Source: Candidatus Micrarchaeia archaeon
GTDB taxonomy: Archaea; Micrarchaeota; Micrarchaeia; Norongarragalinales; CAINOH01
Assembly (NCBI GenBank): GCA_041663565.1
Contig: JBAYMJ010000003.1
Location: 4,188 to 68,187, forward strand
DNA: 64,000 nucleotides
Reading direction: 5' to 3'
Positions within the stretch are counted from its first letter, which is position 1. The number at the start of each line of letters is the position of its first letter. The position numbers and the translations under genes are program-made. The notes under the pieces were generated by a model. It was not told the DNA's origin and ran no database searches. It worked only from the letters and a program-made list of their open reading frames with translations. Below are positions 1 to 8,422 of this stretch, one piece after another.

Positions 1-421
1 GCTGCTCGACGTAGCTTGAGCAGGCGGTGCACGGCTCGACCATCATCCGTACGGTCTTTTTTATGGTAGTGCATGAGTCGAGGGTGGTGTTCCTGCAGAC
101 GTTGAAATAGACAGTGACGTCCTCGTCTCCCTGAAAGCAGCTGCCCGAATAGACGGTTATCTTGGTGCCCCTGCTTTCGTATGCCGGGAGGTCCTGGACT
201 GGCGAGGTCACGCTGCCGTAGAGCTTGCCGAAGTTGGCGCTGACTGAAAGGGTGGCGTCCGTGCTTTCGGTGTTTTCCGCATAAGCGTAGATTGAGCCTG
301 CAGAGCAGGAGGTCATGCTTACCGTGGATGCGTCCGTTGCGGCATTGTAGGCTGCTGCAAGAGGGAGCATGAACATGACAATGGAGAGTGCTACGAGGGC
401 CAAATGCCTTGACAGCTGCAT
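1..421 (-). CDS. Secreted hypothetical protein, 5' part only (gene runs off the window start)
   Basis: ATG at 421..419 on the minus strand. Translation begins MQLSRHLALVALSIVMFMLPLAAAYNA..., a Sec-type signal peptide. The frame stays open to position 1. Not in the ORF track because it is truncated. Confidence 0.45.
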   Translation of the reverse strand, partial: MQLSRHLALVALSIVMFMLPLAAAYNAATDASTVSMTSCSAGSIYAYAENTESTDATLSVSANFGKLYGSVTSPVQDLPAYESRGTKITVYSGSCFQGDEDVTVYFNVCRNTTLDSCTTIKKTVRMMVEPCTACSSYVEQ

Positions 422-435
422 CTAAAACCACCTAA

Positions 436-454
436 GTAACTACTATCTAGTTAC
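436..454. promoter_or_regulatory. 7-5-7 perfect palindrome GTAACTA-ctatc-TAGTTAC in an AT-rich divergent promoter region
   Basis: Read directly. It lies between the divergent secreted-protein gene (start 421) and the TrmB-like regulator gene (start 562/577). TATA-like tatatttaaa and catataaata lie nearby. Confidence 0.3.
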
Positions 455-561
455 AACATTATATTTAAACATATCATTTGTTACCATTGTCCAGTAAATA
501 CATATAAATATTGGCTCGCACAATAAATCCCTGTGACGCGTTACACGAAGCGCCCCCCTAG

Positions 562-1428
562 GTGGCATTGTTACTAATGGCTGAGGAAAACAATCCTGAT
601 AGGTTTAAAAGCGTTCGAAATCCCAAGATTTCTGACATGGTAAGGCAGAACGCCGACGCTCTAAACCATCTCCGGCAGCTCGGTTTGAACCAATACGAAG
701 CACAGGCATACCTAGCCCTGTCGCTGTCCGGCCACGGCACCGCAGGAGAACTTGCAGAGAATGCAGAGCTTCCGCGCCCCCGTGTCTATGATGTCCTCGA
801 CAAGCTCCAGGAGAAGGGCTTCGTGGTCATGAAACCCGGCAGGCCGGTACGTTACGCTTCACTTCCGCTTCTCGAAGCAGTCAAGACCTTGAAGAACCAG
901 AAGCAGACCTCGCTTGCGCAGGAAATGACGCAGATTGACGAGATTTCCGACAAGCTCGCGTCCAAGCTCAAGGCAACGACCAAGACTTCACAAAGCGGCA
1001 AGTTCGAGCCCGACTCGCACGTCTGGACTTTGAAGGGCCGCGAATCCATCTATTCCAAGCTCGCAAGCATGGTGAACAGCGCATCCGACCGCGTCATAGT
1101 GTCAAGCGACCCGGCTGGAGTCGCGTCCAAGCTCAAGGCGCACTTGGCTGAATTTGAGGCCGCAAAGAAGCGCGGAGTGCACGTATCTTTCGTTTCCCCG
1201 GTTTCCGACAACAAGATGCTCTCGACGGACCTTGCGAACGTGGCAAACCGCGTTGTTTCCAAGAAGATGCCTACCAGGATGGTCCTCGCTGACGACCAGG
1301 CACTGATGTTCCTCACTGGCGAAGGCACCCACCCGGACGAGGAAATCGGGCTGTGGGTAAAGAGCCCGCACCTTTCCCAGACGCTTGAGAACTCACTCGG
1401 GCTGCCTGCGGTTAAGGCTAAGGCGTAA
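562..1428 (+). CDS. TrmB-family transcriptional regulator (probable ATG start at 577)
   Basis: N-terminal wHTH LGLNQYEAQAYLALSLSGHGTAGELAENAELPRPRVYDVLDKLQEKGFV is typical of TrmB. About 280 aa, with a C-terminal effector-like domain. Confidence 0.75.
   Translation: MALLLMAEENNPDRFKSVRNPKISDMVRQNADALNHLRQLGLNQYEAQAYLALSLSGHGTAGELAENAELPRPRVYDVLDKLQEKGFVVMKPGRPVRYASLPLLEAVKTLKNQKQTSLAQEMTQIDEISDKLASKLKATTKTSQSGKFEPDSHVWTLKGRESIYSKLASMVNSASDRVIVSSDPAGVASKLKAHLAEFEAAKKRGVHVSFVSPVSDNKMLSTDLANVANRVVSKKMPTRMVLADDQALMFLTGEGTHPDEEIGLWVKSPHLSQTLENSLGLPAVKAKA
1376..1428 (+). repeat. Direct repeat copy 1 (authentic 3' end of the TrmB-like gene, encodes QTLENSLGLPAVKAKA*)
   Basis: cccagacgcttgagaactcactcgggctgcctgcggttaaggctaaggcgtaa. 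About 80% identical to 2137..2189. Confidence 0.7.
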
Positions 1429-1473
1429 ACCGCTCCTCTTGAGTTTTTAATAATTGACACCATAGTATGCGCT

Positions 1474-2124
1474 ATGGAAACTCAAAAGCCGTCAACTGAA
1501 CTATATTACGGCATCCTGAATGAGAAGTCCAATGCCTATGAGGAAAAGTATCGCCACCTGATGCTCCATAACTACGAGAAAAGCCATTACCACATAGCAG
1601 TAGGCTCGAAAGAAGGGCTAAGGGAGTGGGAGACGGATTTACAAGGCAGGGGCAACCCGGTTCTTACAAAGAAAATCTCCTGCCTGCCCGAGGGGATGGC
1701 CGAGGCAATGAAAAGGCATTACTTGGACTATCCTGAAAAACAACACGACGGCCATGTGGCTCCTCTTGGTTATATCCGTTTTGAGGTCTATGACAACAAA
1801 GAAGGAAAAGTCGCATTCGCAGAATATTACACCCCGATGGAGTATTACCTAAAGAGCCGAAATGAACGCGAGAAAAAAGACTCGGGAATCAACGCCTCGC
1901 TGCTCGAGGCCGAATGCCTCGAACACCTTCGAGCTTCTGCAGGCGCCACGCATATGACCACCATTTCCGGCTACTATGAATCCAGTTGCCATCGGGGAGG
2001 CACCAACCAAAATCGGCGCAACCAGCTCATCGCGCGCGGAATCGACCCGCTCAAGACATACCCGATAGATGAATGGATTGCAAAACTGCGCTCGAAACCG
2101 GATTATTCGAAAATCAGGAAATAA
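1474..2124 (+). CDS. Hypothetical protein, low-GC, flanked by a duplicated gene 3' end
   Basis: 216-aa ORF with an ATG start and no motif I recognise. The 5' half is visibly more AT-rich than its neighbours. It is bracketed by direct repeats 1376..1428 and 2137..2189. Confidence 0.5.
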   Translation: METQKPSTELYYGILNEKSNAYEEKYRHLMLHNYEKSHYHIAVGSKEGLREWETDLQGRGNPVLTKKISCLPEGMAEAMKRHYLDYPEKQHDGHVAPLGYIRFEVYDNKEGKVAFAEYYTPMEYYLKSRNEREKKDSGINASLLEAECLEHLRASAGATHMTTISGYYESSCHRGGTNQNRRNQLIARGIDPLKTYPIDEWIAKLRSKPDYSKIRK

Positions 2125-2136
2125 ACTCGCACTGCC

Positions 2137-2189
2137 TCCAGACGCTTGAGAACTCGCTCGGGCTTCCGGCACTGAAGGCAAAGCAGTAA
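2137..2189 (+). repeat. Direct repeat copy 2: orphaned relic of the TrmB-like gene 3' end (would encode QTLENSLGLPALKAKQ*)
   Basis: tccagacgcttgagaactcgctcgggcttccggcactgaaggcaaagcagtaa. It keeps the stop codon at the same relative position. It is not in frame with ORF 1474..2124. Confidence 0.7.
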
Positions 2190-2240
2190 GCTGCAGGCTA
2201 GGGAACTGATTTTTAGGAAATTGAATAGATAGTAATATCC

Positions 2241-2264
2241 TTGTAATACAAAAACGTATTACAA
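2241..2264. terminator. Perfect 9-bp stem hairpin/palindrome TTGTAATAC-aaaaac-GTATTACAA
   Basis: Read directly. It sits in an AT-rich spacer downstream of both ORF 1474..2124 (+) and the mini-ORF 2290..2400 (-). Confidence 0.35.
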
Positions 2265-2289
2265 TTCGGCTGCGTGTCCGGCTTGCAAA

Positions 2290-2400
2290 TTATGCGAATA
2301 TTTCTTCTAAGTTTTTTGCCCGGAAAAGACGCGCGTCCCCGTTGGCGATGCGCTTTTCCATCCGGTCGAATTCTGCGATGTCCGCCTCAAGGTCAGTCAT
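2290..2400 (-). CDS. Possible 36-aa mini-ORF (MTDLEADIAEFDRMEKRIANGDARLFRAKNLEEIFA)
   Basis: ATG at 2400, TAA at 2292..2290. Below the ORF-track length cut-off. The sequence resembles the C-terminal tail of some small antitoxin-type proteins, but there is no partner gene. Confidence 0.2.
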   Translation of the reverse strand: MTDLEADIAEFDRMEKRIANGDARLFRAKNLEEIFA

Positions 2401-2442
2401 AGAAATAGACTCTGTTTTGGAAAATAAAAATAGGACGGACTT

Positions 2443-2500
2443 GAAAAATTAAGAAAAAGAATTTGAAAAAAAGAAAGAATTAGGAAATAAAACCCAAAGA
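2443..2500 (-). terminator. Oligo-T rich tract (minus strand) immediately downstream of rps3ae
   Basis: Plus-strand A-runs (for example A7 at 2466..2472) give T-runs on the transcribed strand within 60 nt of the stop at 2503. Archaeal terminators are oligo-T. Confidence 0.4.
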
Positions 2501-2502
2501 AC

Positions 2503-3216
2503 CTAAGCCGTCGCCGGCTCTTCCTCGGTCTTCTCTTCGACTTCGGTGTCAGCCTTCGACTCTGCAGTCTCGTCGCCCGTGATTACCTTGGGTGCCTTCT
2601 CGGACTCCTTTCCGGGGAGCGCGACAATGTCCTCGGTGTCGAAGTCCTCCTTCAAAGTCGTCTTGCTGATCTCGACGCGGCGGATGCTTGCGCGCTTGCG
2701 CAAGACCCCGGTGAGCTCCATCGCAATCTTGCCGTAGACGATGTCGTGGACGATGTCGCCGAGCGCGGTGTTCTTTGCGCGCGCGGTAAGAGTGTCAATT
2801 ACGATGTGGCGCATGTCGGTCTTGAGCGAGTCGGAGCAGAGGTTGTTGGTGACAACGACTACCTTGACGCGAAGCTCAGCAGCATCCGATGACTTTGCCG
2901 AGAACACCAGGTTGATTACGTCGCGGCGCCTGCGCACGAGAGTGCGGAGGTACTCGCGGGAGACCTGGTGGCCGATGAACTTGGTGTAAGCGGTCTTTCC
3001 CTTGACCTCGAACACGCGGAGCTTGACCGCATAATACATGTGGCCGATGTCGCCTGTGATGTCCTTCAAGGGCACGATTATGATGCGGTTGATTATGTGC
3101 TCGTCGTCAAGTGCAGGGACCTGTCCAATCTCCTTTTCGGAGAGGAACTTGGGAGCCATGAGCTTGTACCAGCTCTTTGCCTTGAACGTGTCTACGAGTT
3201 TCTTGCCTGCTGCCAT
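2503..3216 (-). CDS. rps3ae: 30S ribosomal protein S3Ae (eS1)
   Basis: MAAGKKLVDTFKAKSWYKLMAPKF... is the canonical S3Ae N-terminus. There is an acidic C-terminal tail. Confidence 0.9.
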   Translation of the reverse strand: MAAGKKLVDTFKAKSWYKLMAPKFLSEKEIGQVPALDDEHIINRIIIVPLKDITGDIGHMYYAVKLRVFEVKGKTAYTKFIGHQVSREYLRTLVRRRRDVINLVFSAKSSDAAELRVKVVVVTNNLCSDSLKTDMRHIVIDTLTARAKNTALGDIVHDIVYGKIAMELTGVLRKRASIRRVEISKTTLKEDFDTEDIVALPGKESEKAPKVITGDETAESKADTEVEEKTEEEPATA

Positions 3217-3235
3217 CCAAAATTCACCGTAAGAT

Positions 3236-3688
3236 TTACTTGACTAAGAGCTCCGCCTTCTCCGGGTCGTACTTCCAGTCCGCCGGCAGCTTGTTGCCGC
3301 GGTAGTACTTGACCAGGCGCTTTATCTTCGCCTCGACGTGCGAGAGCTTCTGGCGGTTGTGAGCGTCCTTCTTGTTCGCCTTGATGTGCTTGTGCATACC
3401 GACTGCGCGGCGAATCAGGGACATTAAGTCAGCGGGATACTTCGGGGCCGAGCCCTTCTCTTCCATTATCTTGCATACGCGCTTTCCGGTCATGACCTTT
3501 GCCGAGGGGATGCCGTACTGGTCACGGAGCACCTGGCCGATGCCTGCGGGGGTCTTGCCTTCGCGAGCGAGCTTGTCGACAAGGGCGACTATCTCGTCCT
3601 TGGACAGCTTGACCCAAGTGGGCACTGCCTTTACCGCCGGTTTCCGTGACTTTGATGCCCCGCGCTTGCGGGTGTGAAGTCTTGCCAT
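3236..3688 (-). CDS. rps15: 30S ribosomal protein S15 (uS15, S13e type)
   Basis: MARLHTRKRGASKSRKP... and the C-terminal ...KIKRLVKYYRGNKLPADWKYDP are typical of archaeal uS15. Confidence 0.9.
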   Translation of the reverse strand: MARLHTRKRGASKSRKPAVKAVPTWVKLSKDEIVALVDKLAREGKTPAGIGQVLRDQYGIPSAKVMTGKRVCKIMEEKGSAPKYPADLMSLIRRAVGMHKHIKANKKDAHNRQKLSHVEAKIKRLVKYYRGNKLPADWKYDPEKAELLVK

Positions 3689-3843
3689 TCAAAACGCAAC
3701 TCCTAAGTGTTATTTTTTGACATTGTTGAAGCCGTTTAAGGGCCTGAAATCTGCCTTTAAAAGCCGTAACAGGCAAACGGACAAAGCTGTCCCTTGCTTG
3801 TGGAATTCTTTGTGCCGGCCAAGGGATTTAAAGGTGACGGGAG

Positions 3844-3861
3844 GGGGGTTGTTCAACCCCC
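3844..3861 (-). terminator. GC hairpin GGGGGTTG-tt-CAACCCCC just downstream of valS
   Basis: Read directly, 20 nt past the valS stop codon (3881..3883). Confidence 0.3.
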
Positions 3862-3880
3862 GTCCTCGTAAGAACCGACC

Positions 3881-6340
3881 TTAGCCTATCTCCACCTTCA
3901 GGCCTTCCGCGTTCGGCACGACTATTGCCTCGATGAGGGCAATCTTGCCAACCGCCTTCAGCTCGGGCTCGTAGTCGGAAAGCTCGCGTATCTCGGCCTC
4001 GTTTCCGGAGACCTTGACCTTCGCAAGCGGCTCGTTCAAGGCCATCGCCTTTCCGGCCTTGTACTTGCGCACCTCGGTGAGCACGAAGTGCATGCGCTCA
4101 ACCGCCTGCTCAGCTGAGTCGTTTTCCATCTCAACAGTCGGCTTGGGCCACGCTGCCTGGTGGATGCTCTGCACGCCCTCCTCCGTCTCTTCCCTGTCAA
4201 AGCCCATCCCGAGGTAGATTGCCTCGGAGATGTAGGGCGAGATTGGCGCGTTGAGCTTGAGGCAGGTCACTAAGACCTCGTGGAGCGCGTACTGCGCGGC
4301 CTTCTTGCTGCGTGCGTTGTCACCGTAGATGCGGTGCTTGACGTCCTCCAAGTAATTGTCGCAGAAGTCGTGCCAGAAGAACGACTGCAAGGCGCAGATT
4401 GCGCCGTAGTAGTCGTAGAGGTTCATCGAGTCGGTGCACTTGTGCACGAGGCGCGAAAGCTTGCTCAAAATCCACTTGTCAGTCACAAGCAGGCCGAGCT
4501 CTTCCCCGGGCTTCTTTGACTGGCCTTCCGCAATCTGGGTGAGCACCTCGCCGTGGTTGTAGCCGTCCAAGGCCATCTCCACGAACTTCGACGCGTTCCA
4601 CATCTTGTTCAAAAACGACTGTGCGTAGTTGACGTCCTTCCAGGAGAACACTATGTCCTTTCCGGTGCTTCCTGAAAGCGCAATCCACTGCCGGAGCGCG
4701 TCAACCCCTGTTTTTGCGATGACTTCCTTCGCCTCGACGTAGTTGCCAAGGGACTTGGACATCTTCTTTCCGTCAGCGCCGCACACCATCCCGTTGACTA
4801 GCACGTCCTTCCAGGGCTTCTCGCCCGTGAGCATCAGGGAGCGGTAAATAGTGTAGAACGCCCAGGTGCGGATGATGTCGTTGCCCTGCGGACGCATCGC
4901 TGTCGGGAAGAGCTTCTTGAACATCTCCTCGTCGTCGGGCCAGCCGCAGATTACAAGTGGCGTGATGCTTGAGTCCACCCAGCCGTCGCAGATGCTCTTC
5001 TCGCCAATGAGGCCGCCGCCGCACTCGCACTTTTCAACCGGCGGCTTGTCCTTGGTCGGGTCAACAGGCAGCTTCTTCTCGTCGTAAGTGTACGTCTTGC
5101 CGCACTTTTCGCAGTACCAGAAGGGCAAGGGGATTCCGAACACGCGCTGGCGCGAGATGCACCAGTCCCACTCCAGGCCATCCACCCAGTCCAGGAGGAG
5201 CTGCTGGGCGTACGCCGGGGTCCAGGACATCTGGTGAGCTGCTGCGCGTATCTTGTCCTCGTTTCCCTTCAGCTTCGCAAACCATTGGGTTGAGCGCAGG
5301 AATTCTACTGGCTTCTTGCAACGGTCGTGTATCTTGAGCACCTGGTCAGTTGGACGCTGCTCAACCAGCACGCCCTCTTCCTTGAGCGCGGTGATTACCT
5401 TTTCCTTCGCGTCGCGAAGCTGCGATCCGTCGAACTTGCCGCTGTTCTTTATGAAACCTGCGCCGTCGCACGCGTCAATGATTTCAAGGTGGTGCCTGTA
5501 GGCCCACACCACGTCCTGCTTGTCGCCGAACGTGCATACCATCACAGCGCCGCTTCCGAACTCCTTGTCAACATCCTGGTCAGCAATGATGGGAACTGCC
5601 TTGTTGTAGAGCGGGACTAACGCCTTGCTGCCCACGAGCTTTTCGTAGCGCGGGTCGTAGGGGTTGACCATCACTGCCACGCAGGCGTGCAGCAGTTCAG
5701 GACGAGTTGTCGCGATGAGGAGCTTGTCCTTCGAGCCTTCGATGCCGAAGTTCAGGTAGTTGAGCATCGCCTTGTTGGGCAGGTCCTCGACCTCGGCCTT
5801 GGTGATCGCACTCCTGCAATAGGGGCACCACAGCACGGGGTGCTCCTGGCGGTAGACCAGCCCTTCCTTGAACATCCGAACTAGCGAGACCTGGACCTTC
5901 CTGTGGTACTCCGGGTCTATGGTGAAATACTCGTGCGCCCAGTCTATTGAGTAGCCCATCTGTTTCATCTGCACCCGGATTGACGCTATGTTGTTCTGGG
6001 TGAACTCGAGGCACTTCTTTCTGAACTCCTCGCGCGGTAAACCCTTGCCGAACTTCTTTTCAACCTTGGTCTCAGTCGGGAAGCCGTGGCAGTCCCAGCC
6101 TTGGGGAAATAGGACTTCGTAGCCTTGCATGCGCTTGTAGCGCGCGGCAAAGTCTATGTAGCCCCAGTTGAGCGTGCTTCCGGTGTGGAACTCGCCCGTT
6201 GGAAATGGTGGGGGCGTGTCTATGACGTAGAAGGGCTTCTTGACGTTGTCTATGTGGAACTTGTGTATCCCCAGCTCGTCCCACCTGGCCGCGAGCCTGG
6301 GCTCGGTGTCGTGCGCGTTGTACTTCTTGTCAAGTGCCAT
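3881..6340 (-). CDS. valS: Valyl-tRNA synthetase (class Ia)
   Basis: 819 aa. Contains DTPPPFPTGEFHTGS (HIGH region), the CP1 editing motif ATTRPELLHACVAVMVNP, and KMSKS as KKMSKSLGN. Length and motifs fit archaeal ValRS better than LeuRS or IleRS. Confidence 0.8.
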   Translation of the reverse strand: MALDKKYNAHDTEPRLAARWDELGIHKFHIDNVKKPFYVIDTPPPFPTGEFHTGSTLNWGYIDFAARYKRMQGYEVLFPQGWDCHGFPTETKVEKKFGKGLPREEFRKKCLEFTQNNIASIRVQMKQMGYSIDWAHEYFTIDPEYHRKVQVSLVRMFKEGLVYRQEHPVLWCPYCRSAITKAEVEDLPNKAMLNYLNFGIEGSKDKLLIATTRPELLHACVAVMVNPYDPRYEKLVGSKALVPLYNKAVPIIADQDVDKEFGSGAVMVCTFGDKQDVVWAYRHHLEIIDACDGAGFIKNSGKFDGSQLRDAKEKVITALKEEGVLVEQRPTDQVLKIHDRCKKPVEFLRSTQWFAKLKGNEDKIRAAAHQMSWTPAYAQQLLLDWVDGLEWDWCISRQRVFGIPLPFWYCEKCGKTYTYDEKKLPVDPTKDKPPVEKCECGGGLIGEKSICDGWVDSSITPLVICGWPDDEEMFKKLFPTAMRPQGNDIIRTWAFYTIYRSLMLTGEKPWKDVLVNGMVCGADGKKMSKSLGNYVEAKEVIAKTGVDALRQWIALSGSTGKDIVFSWKDVNYAQSFLNKMWNASKFVEMALDGYNHGEVLTQIAEGQSKKPGEELGLLVTDKWILSKLSRLVHKCTDSMNLYDYYGAICALQSFFWHDFCDNYLEDVKHRIYGDNARSKKAAQYALHEVLVTCLKLNAPISPYISEAIYLGMGFDREETEEGVQSIHQAAWPKPTVEMENDSAEQAVERMHFVLTEVRKYKAGKAMALNEPLAKVKVSGNEAEIRELSDYEPELKAVGKIALIEAIVVPNAEGLKVEIG

Positions 6341-6376
6341 AAACGGACTACAACTCCTTTTGGATTTGATAGACTG

Positions 6377-6395
6377 CCAGCAGGTAACCTGCTGG
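6377..6395. promoter_or_regulatory. Perfect 19-bp palindrome CCAGCAGGT-A-ACCTGCTGG upstream of valS
   Basis: Read directly. It lies 37-55 nt upstream of the valS ATG, in the divergent intergenic region 6341..6595. Confidence 0.3.
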
Positions 6396-6595
6396 TTGTC
6401 CTGTTAATCGTCTTTTTTCTTTCGGCTTTCTTTCTTAAAACGCAGGGCGCTTGTAAACGCGCCGTCGTCCGCGGCAAGCCGTTGTGCCACGTTGGTTCCT
6501 TGTAAGTATTCCGGAGGATGAGAAATAAAAAACAGGCGTTTAACGGCCTAACCGCACACCACACATTTTATTTAACAACAGTAAACGAATAAACT

Positions 6596-7558
6596 TTGAA
6601 CGAAATGCAGCTATTTCCCACCAGGAAACCGCCAGCAGGCCAGCAGAAAAAGACTGCCTTGAGCGAGGAGCAGCAGCAAAAAAATCAGCTAGAGCTGCCC
6701 GGAGTCAGGCAATTGACCGACTCGCAGGAGAGGGCGCTGCAATATTCCGCACACAAGAAGTACGTCAGGCAGCAAGTCAACAGCATAGTTCCCACTTACG
6801 AACGGATTATGAATGGCGTCACAAGGAGCGAGCAACAGGACCTGCGCGACCACTTTCGCATAGTGCCCGGACCGCAACCGAGAGAAAGCAGCGGGGGCAT
6901 TATTGAAAGGATACTGGGGCACGCGTCGGGCGGCGCCCAGTTTGACACTAGAAAGGGCGTCATACACTACAATACCGGACAGATGGAAATCTTTTCGCAC
7001 AACATAGAACGGCCCTATACGACAAAGCAGGTGATTTTCCACGAGGGCCTGCATCATTTCGACATCCCACGGAGAAAGTATTCCTTTGAAAGGAACTATG
7101 GCAACGAGTTCATCAGGCAGACGATTGATGAGATATATGCCCAGCCCGAGAGATTCGTCTCTTTCTCAGACCCGAGGCGCTCGGCCTTTCTTCGGGAGTC
7201 CAAGAGACTATCACGAACAACCGGATGGGAAACGGGCGACCCTCTGGGGATAATCCGCACGTTCCAATGCATAAAACAGGGAAAGGACCCGCTGACTGCA
7301 TACAATAAGGGCGCGGGAAGGGCAAAATACGTTCTTGGAAGGGCAGTGATACTGGAACTAATAAGAAAGGGGACAGTCAAGAAACCCGGGGACATCTACC
7401 ACCTTCCGCCGGAGCTTCTGAAAAAGGAAATAACGAGGACCCTTGCGAAATCGCCTTTTCTCTATGCGGGCCACTTTGCAAGAAGCGTCCTTTCCGTGCC
7501 CAAGGCAAGCATGGAAAAGATTGCAGCCGCGATGCGAAAAAAGAACGCGCCGAACTGA
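6596..7558 (+). CDS. Hypothetical protein with an HExxH motif (possible zincin-like metallopeptidase); ATG at 6605
   Basis: VIFHEGLHHFD contains HEGLH. There is no signal peptide and no other motif I recognise. Confidence 0.45.
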   Translation: MNEMQLFPTRKPPAGQQKKTALSEEQQQKNQLELPGVRQLTDSQERALQYSAHKKYVRQQVNSIVPTYERIMNGVTRSEQQDLRDHFRIVPGPQPRESSGGIIERILGHASGGAQFDTRKGVIHYNTGQMEIFSHNIERPYTTKQVIFHEGLHHFDIPRRKYSFERNYGNEFIRQTIDEIYAQPERFVSFSDPRRSAFLRESKRLSRTTGWETGDPLGIIRTFQCIKQGKDPLTAYNKGAGRAKYVLGRAVILELIRKGTVKKPGDIYHLPPELLKKEITRTLAKSPFLYAGHFARSVLSVPKASMEKIAAAMRKKNAPN

Positions 7559-7572
7559 AAAATTACACAAAA

Positions 7573-8370
7573 TCAGGCAGTAATCCTGGTGCCCACTACT
7601 TTCTTCCCAAGCATCGCGTCGTGAAGCCTGCCTGGCACGAGGCCGTTGATTATGACGACTTCGGCCTTGGTCTTCTTCGCAAGCGAGAGCATGCCGTCCA
7701 CTTTCGAGCGCATCCCGCCGGTGACGTCTGTTGAGGACGAGCCTCCGAGGCACTTGCGGATTTCGGCAAAGTTCTTGGGGCTGATTTCCCCGACAAGGTC
7801 CGTGCTCTGCGGGTAGTCGCGCCACACGCCATCCTCCTTCGTGGCAATCACGATGCGCCTGGGCTTGAACTTCTTGGAGATCGCCTCAAGCACGGTCTCC
7901 GTCGAGACTATCGCGCACCCCTGCTTCCCGTCGAAGGTGACGTCGCCGTAAGGGACCGGGGTGATGCCCCTTGCAAGCGCAATCCCCATCGGCTCGAGGA
8001 AGACCTTCCACGGCCTGCCCTTTTCAGTGACCATGAATGAGGAAGGCGAGAAGGAGACCGCATTCACGTCTGCGTCAATCAGGGCGCGCACCACTATCCT
8101 GTTGAGCCGGGATGCCGCGTGCTGGACTTCGGAAACCCCGATTGCGCTTTCGGCGTTGTGGAACCCGTTTGCGGTGCCGTACTTGTGCGCCGGCCTGTGG
8201 GGGAAGCTCCCGCCGCCGTGGCCGATTACCGCCTTGAGGTTCCCCGCCTGTTTTGCGGACTGCACTTCGCGCGCCAGGCGCCTGATTTCCTCCTGCCGGG
8301 GCAGCTCCTGCGCGGTCTTGTCCGTAATCAGGCTGCCGCCAAGCTTTACGAACACGAGTTCAGAGGCCAT
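7573..8370 (-). CDS. Isopentenyl phosphate kinase (amino-acid-kinase fold)
   Basis: N-terminus LVFVKLGGSLITDK, then GHGGGSFPH. About 265 aa. Adjacent to the AcnX/UbiD/UbiX mevalonate genes. Confidence 0.8.
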   Translation of the reverse strand: MASELVFVKLGGSLITDKTAQELPRQEEIRRLAREVQSAKQAGNLKAVIGHGGGSFPHRPAHKYGTANGFHNAESAIGVSEVQHAASRLNRIVVRALIDADVNAVSFSPSSFMVTEKGRPWKVFLEPMGIALARGITPVPYGDVTFDGKQGCAIVSTETVLEAISKKFKPRRIVIATKEDGVWRDYPQSTDLVGEISPKNFAEIRKCLGGSSSTDVTGGMRSKVDGMLSLAKKTKAEVVIINGLVPGRLHDAMLGKKVVGTRITA

Positions 8371-8422
8371 ATGAATATCAACGATTGTGGTTTGTTCTGC
8401 CTGCCATTTTAGCCAACGCGGC

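Noticed and set aside
2290-2400. Toxin-antitoxin module suggested by the 36-aa mini-ORF
   Set aside because: There is no adjacent toxin-sized ORF. The similarity is only an impression from a short peptide. I kept it as a low-confidence feature, not as a system.
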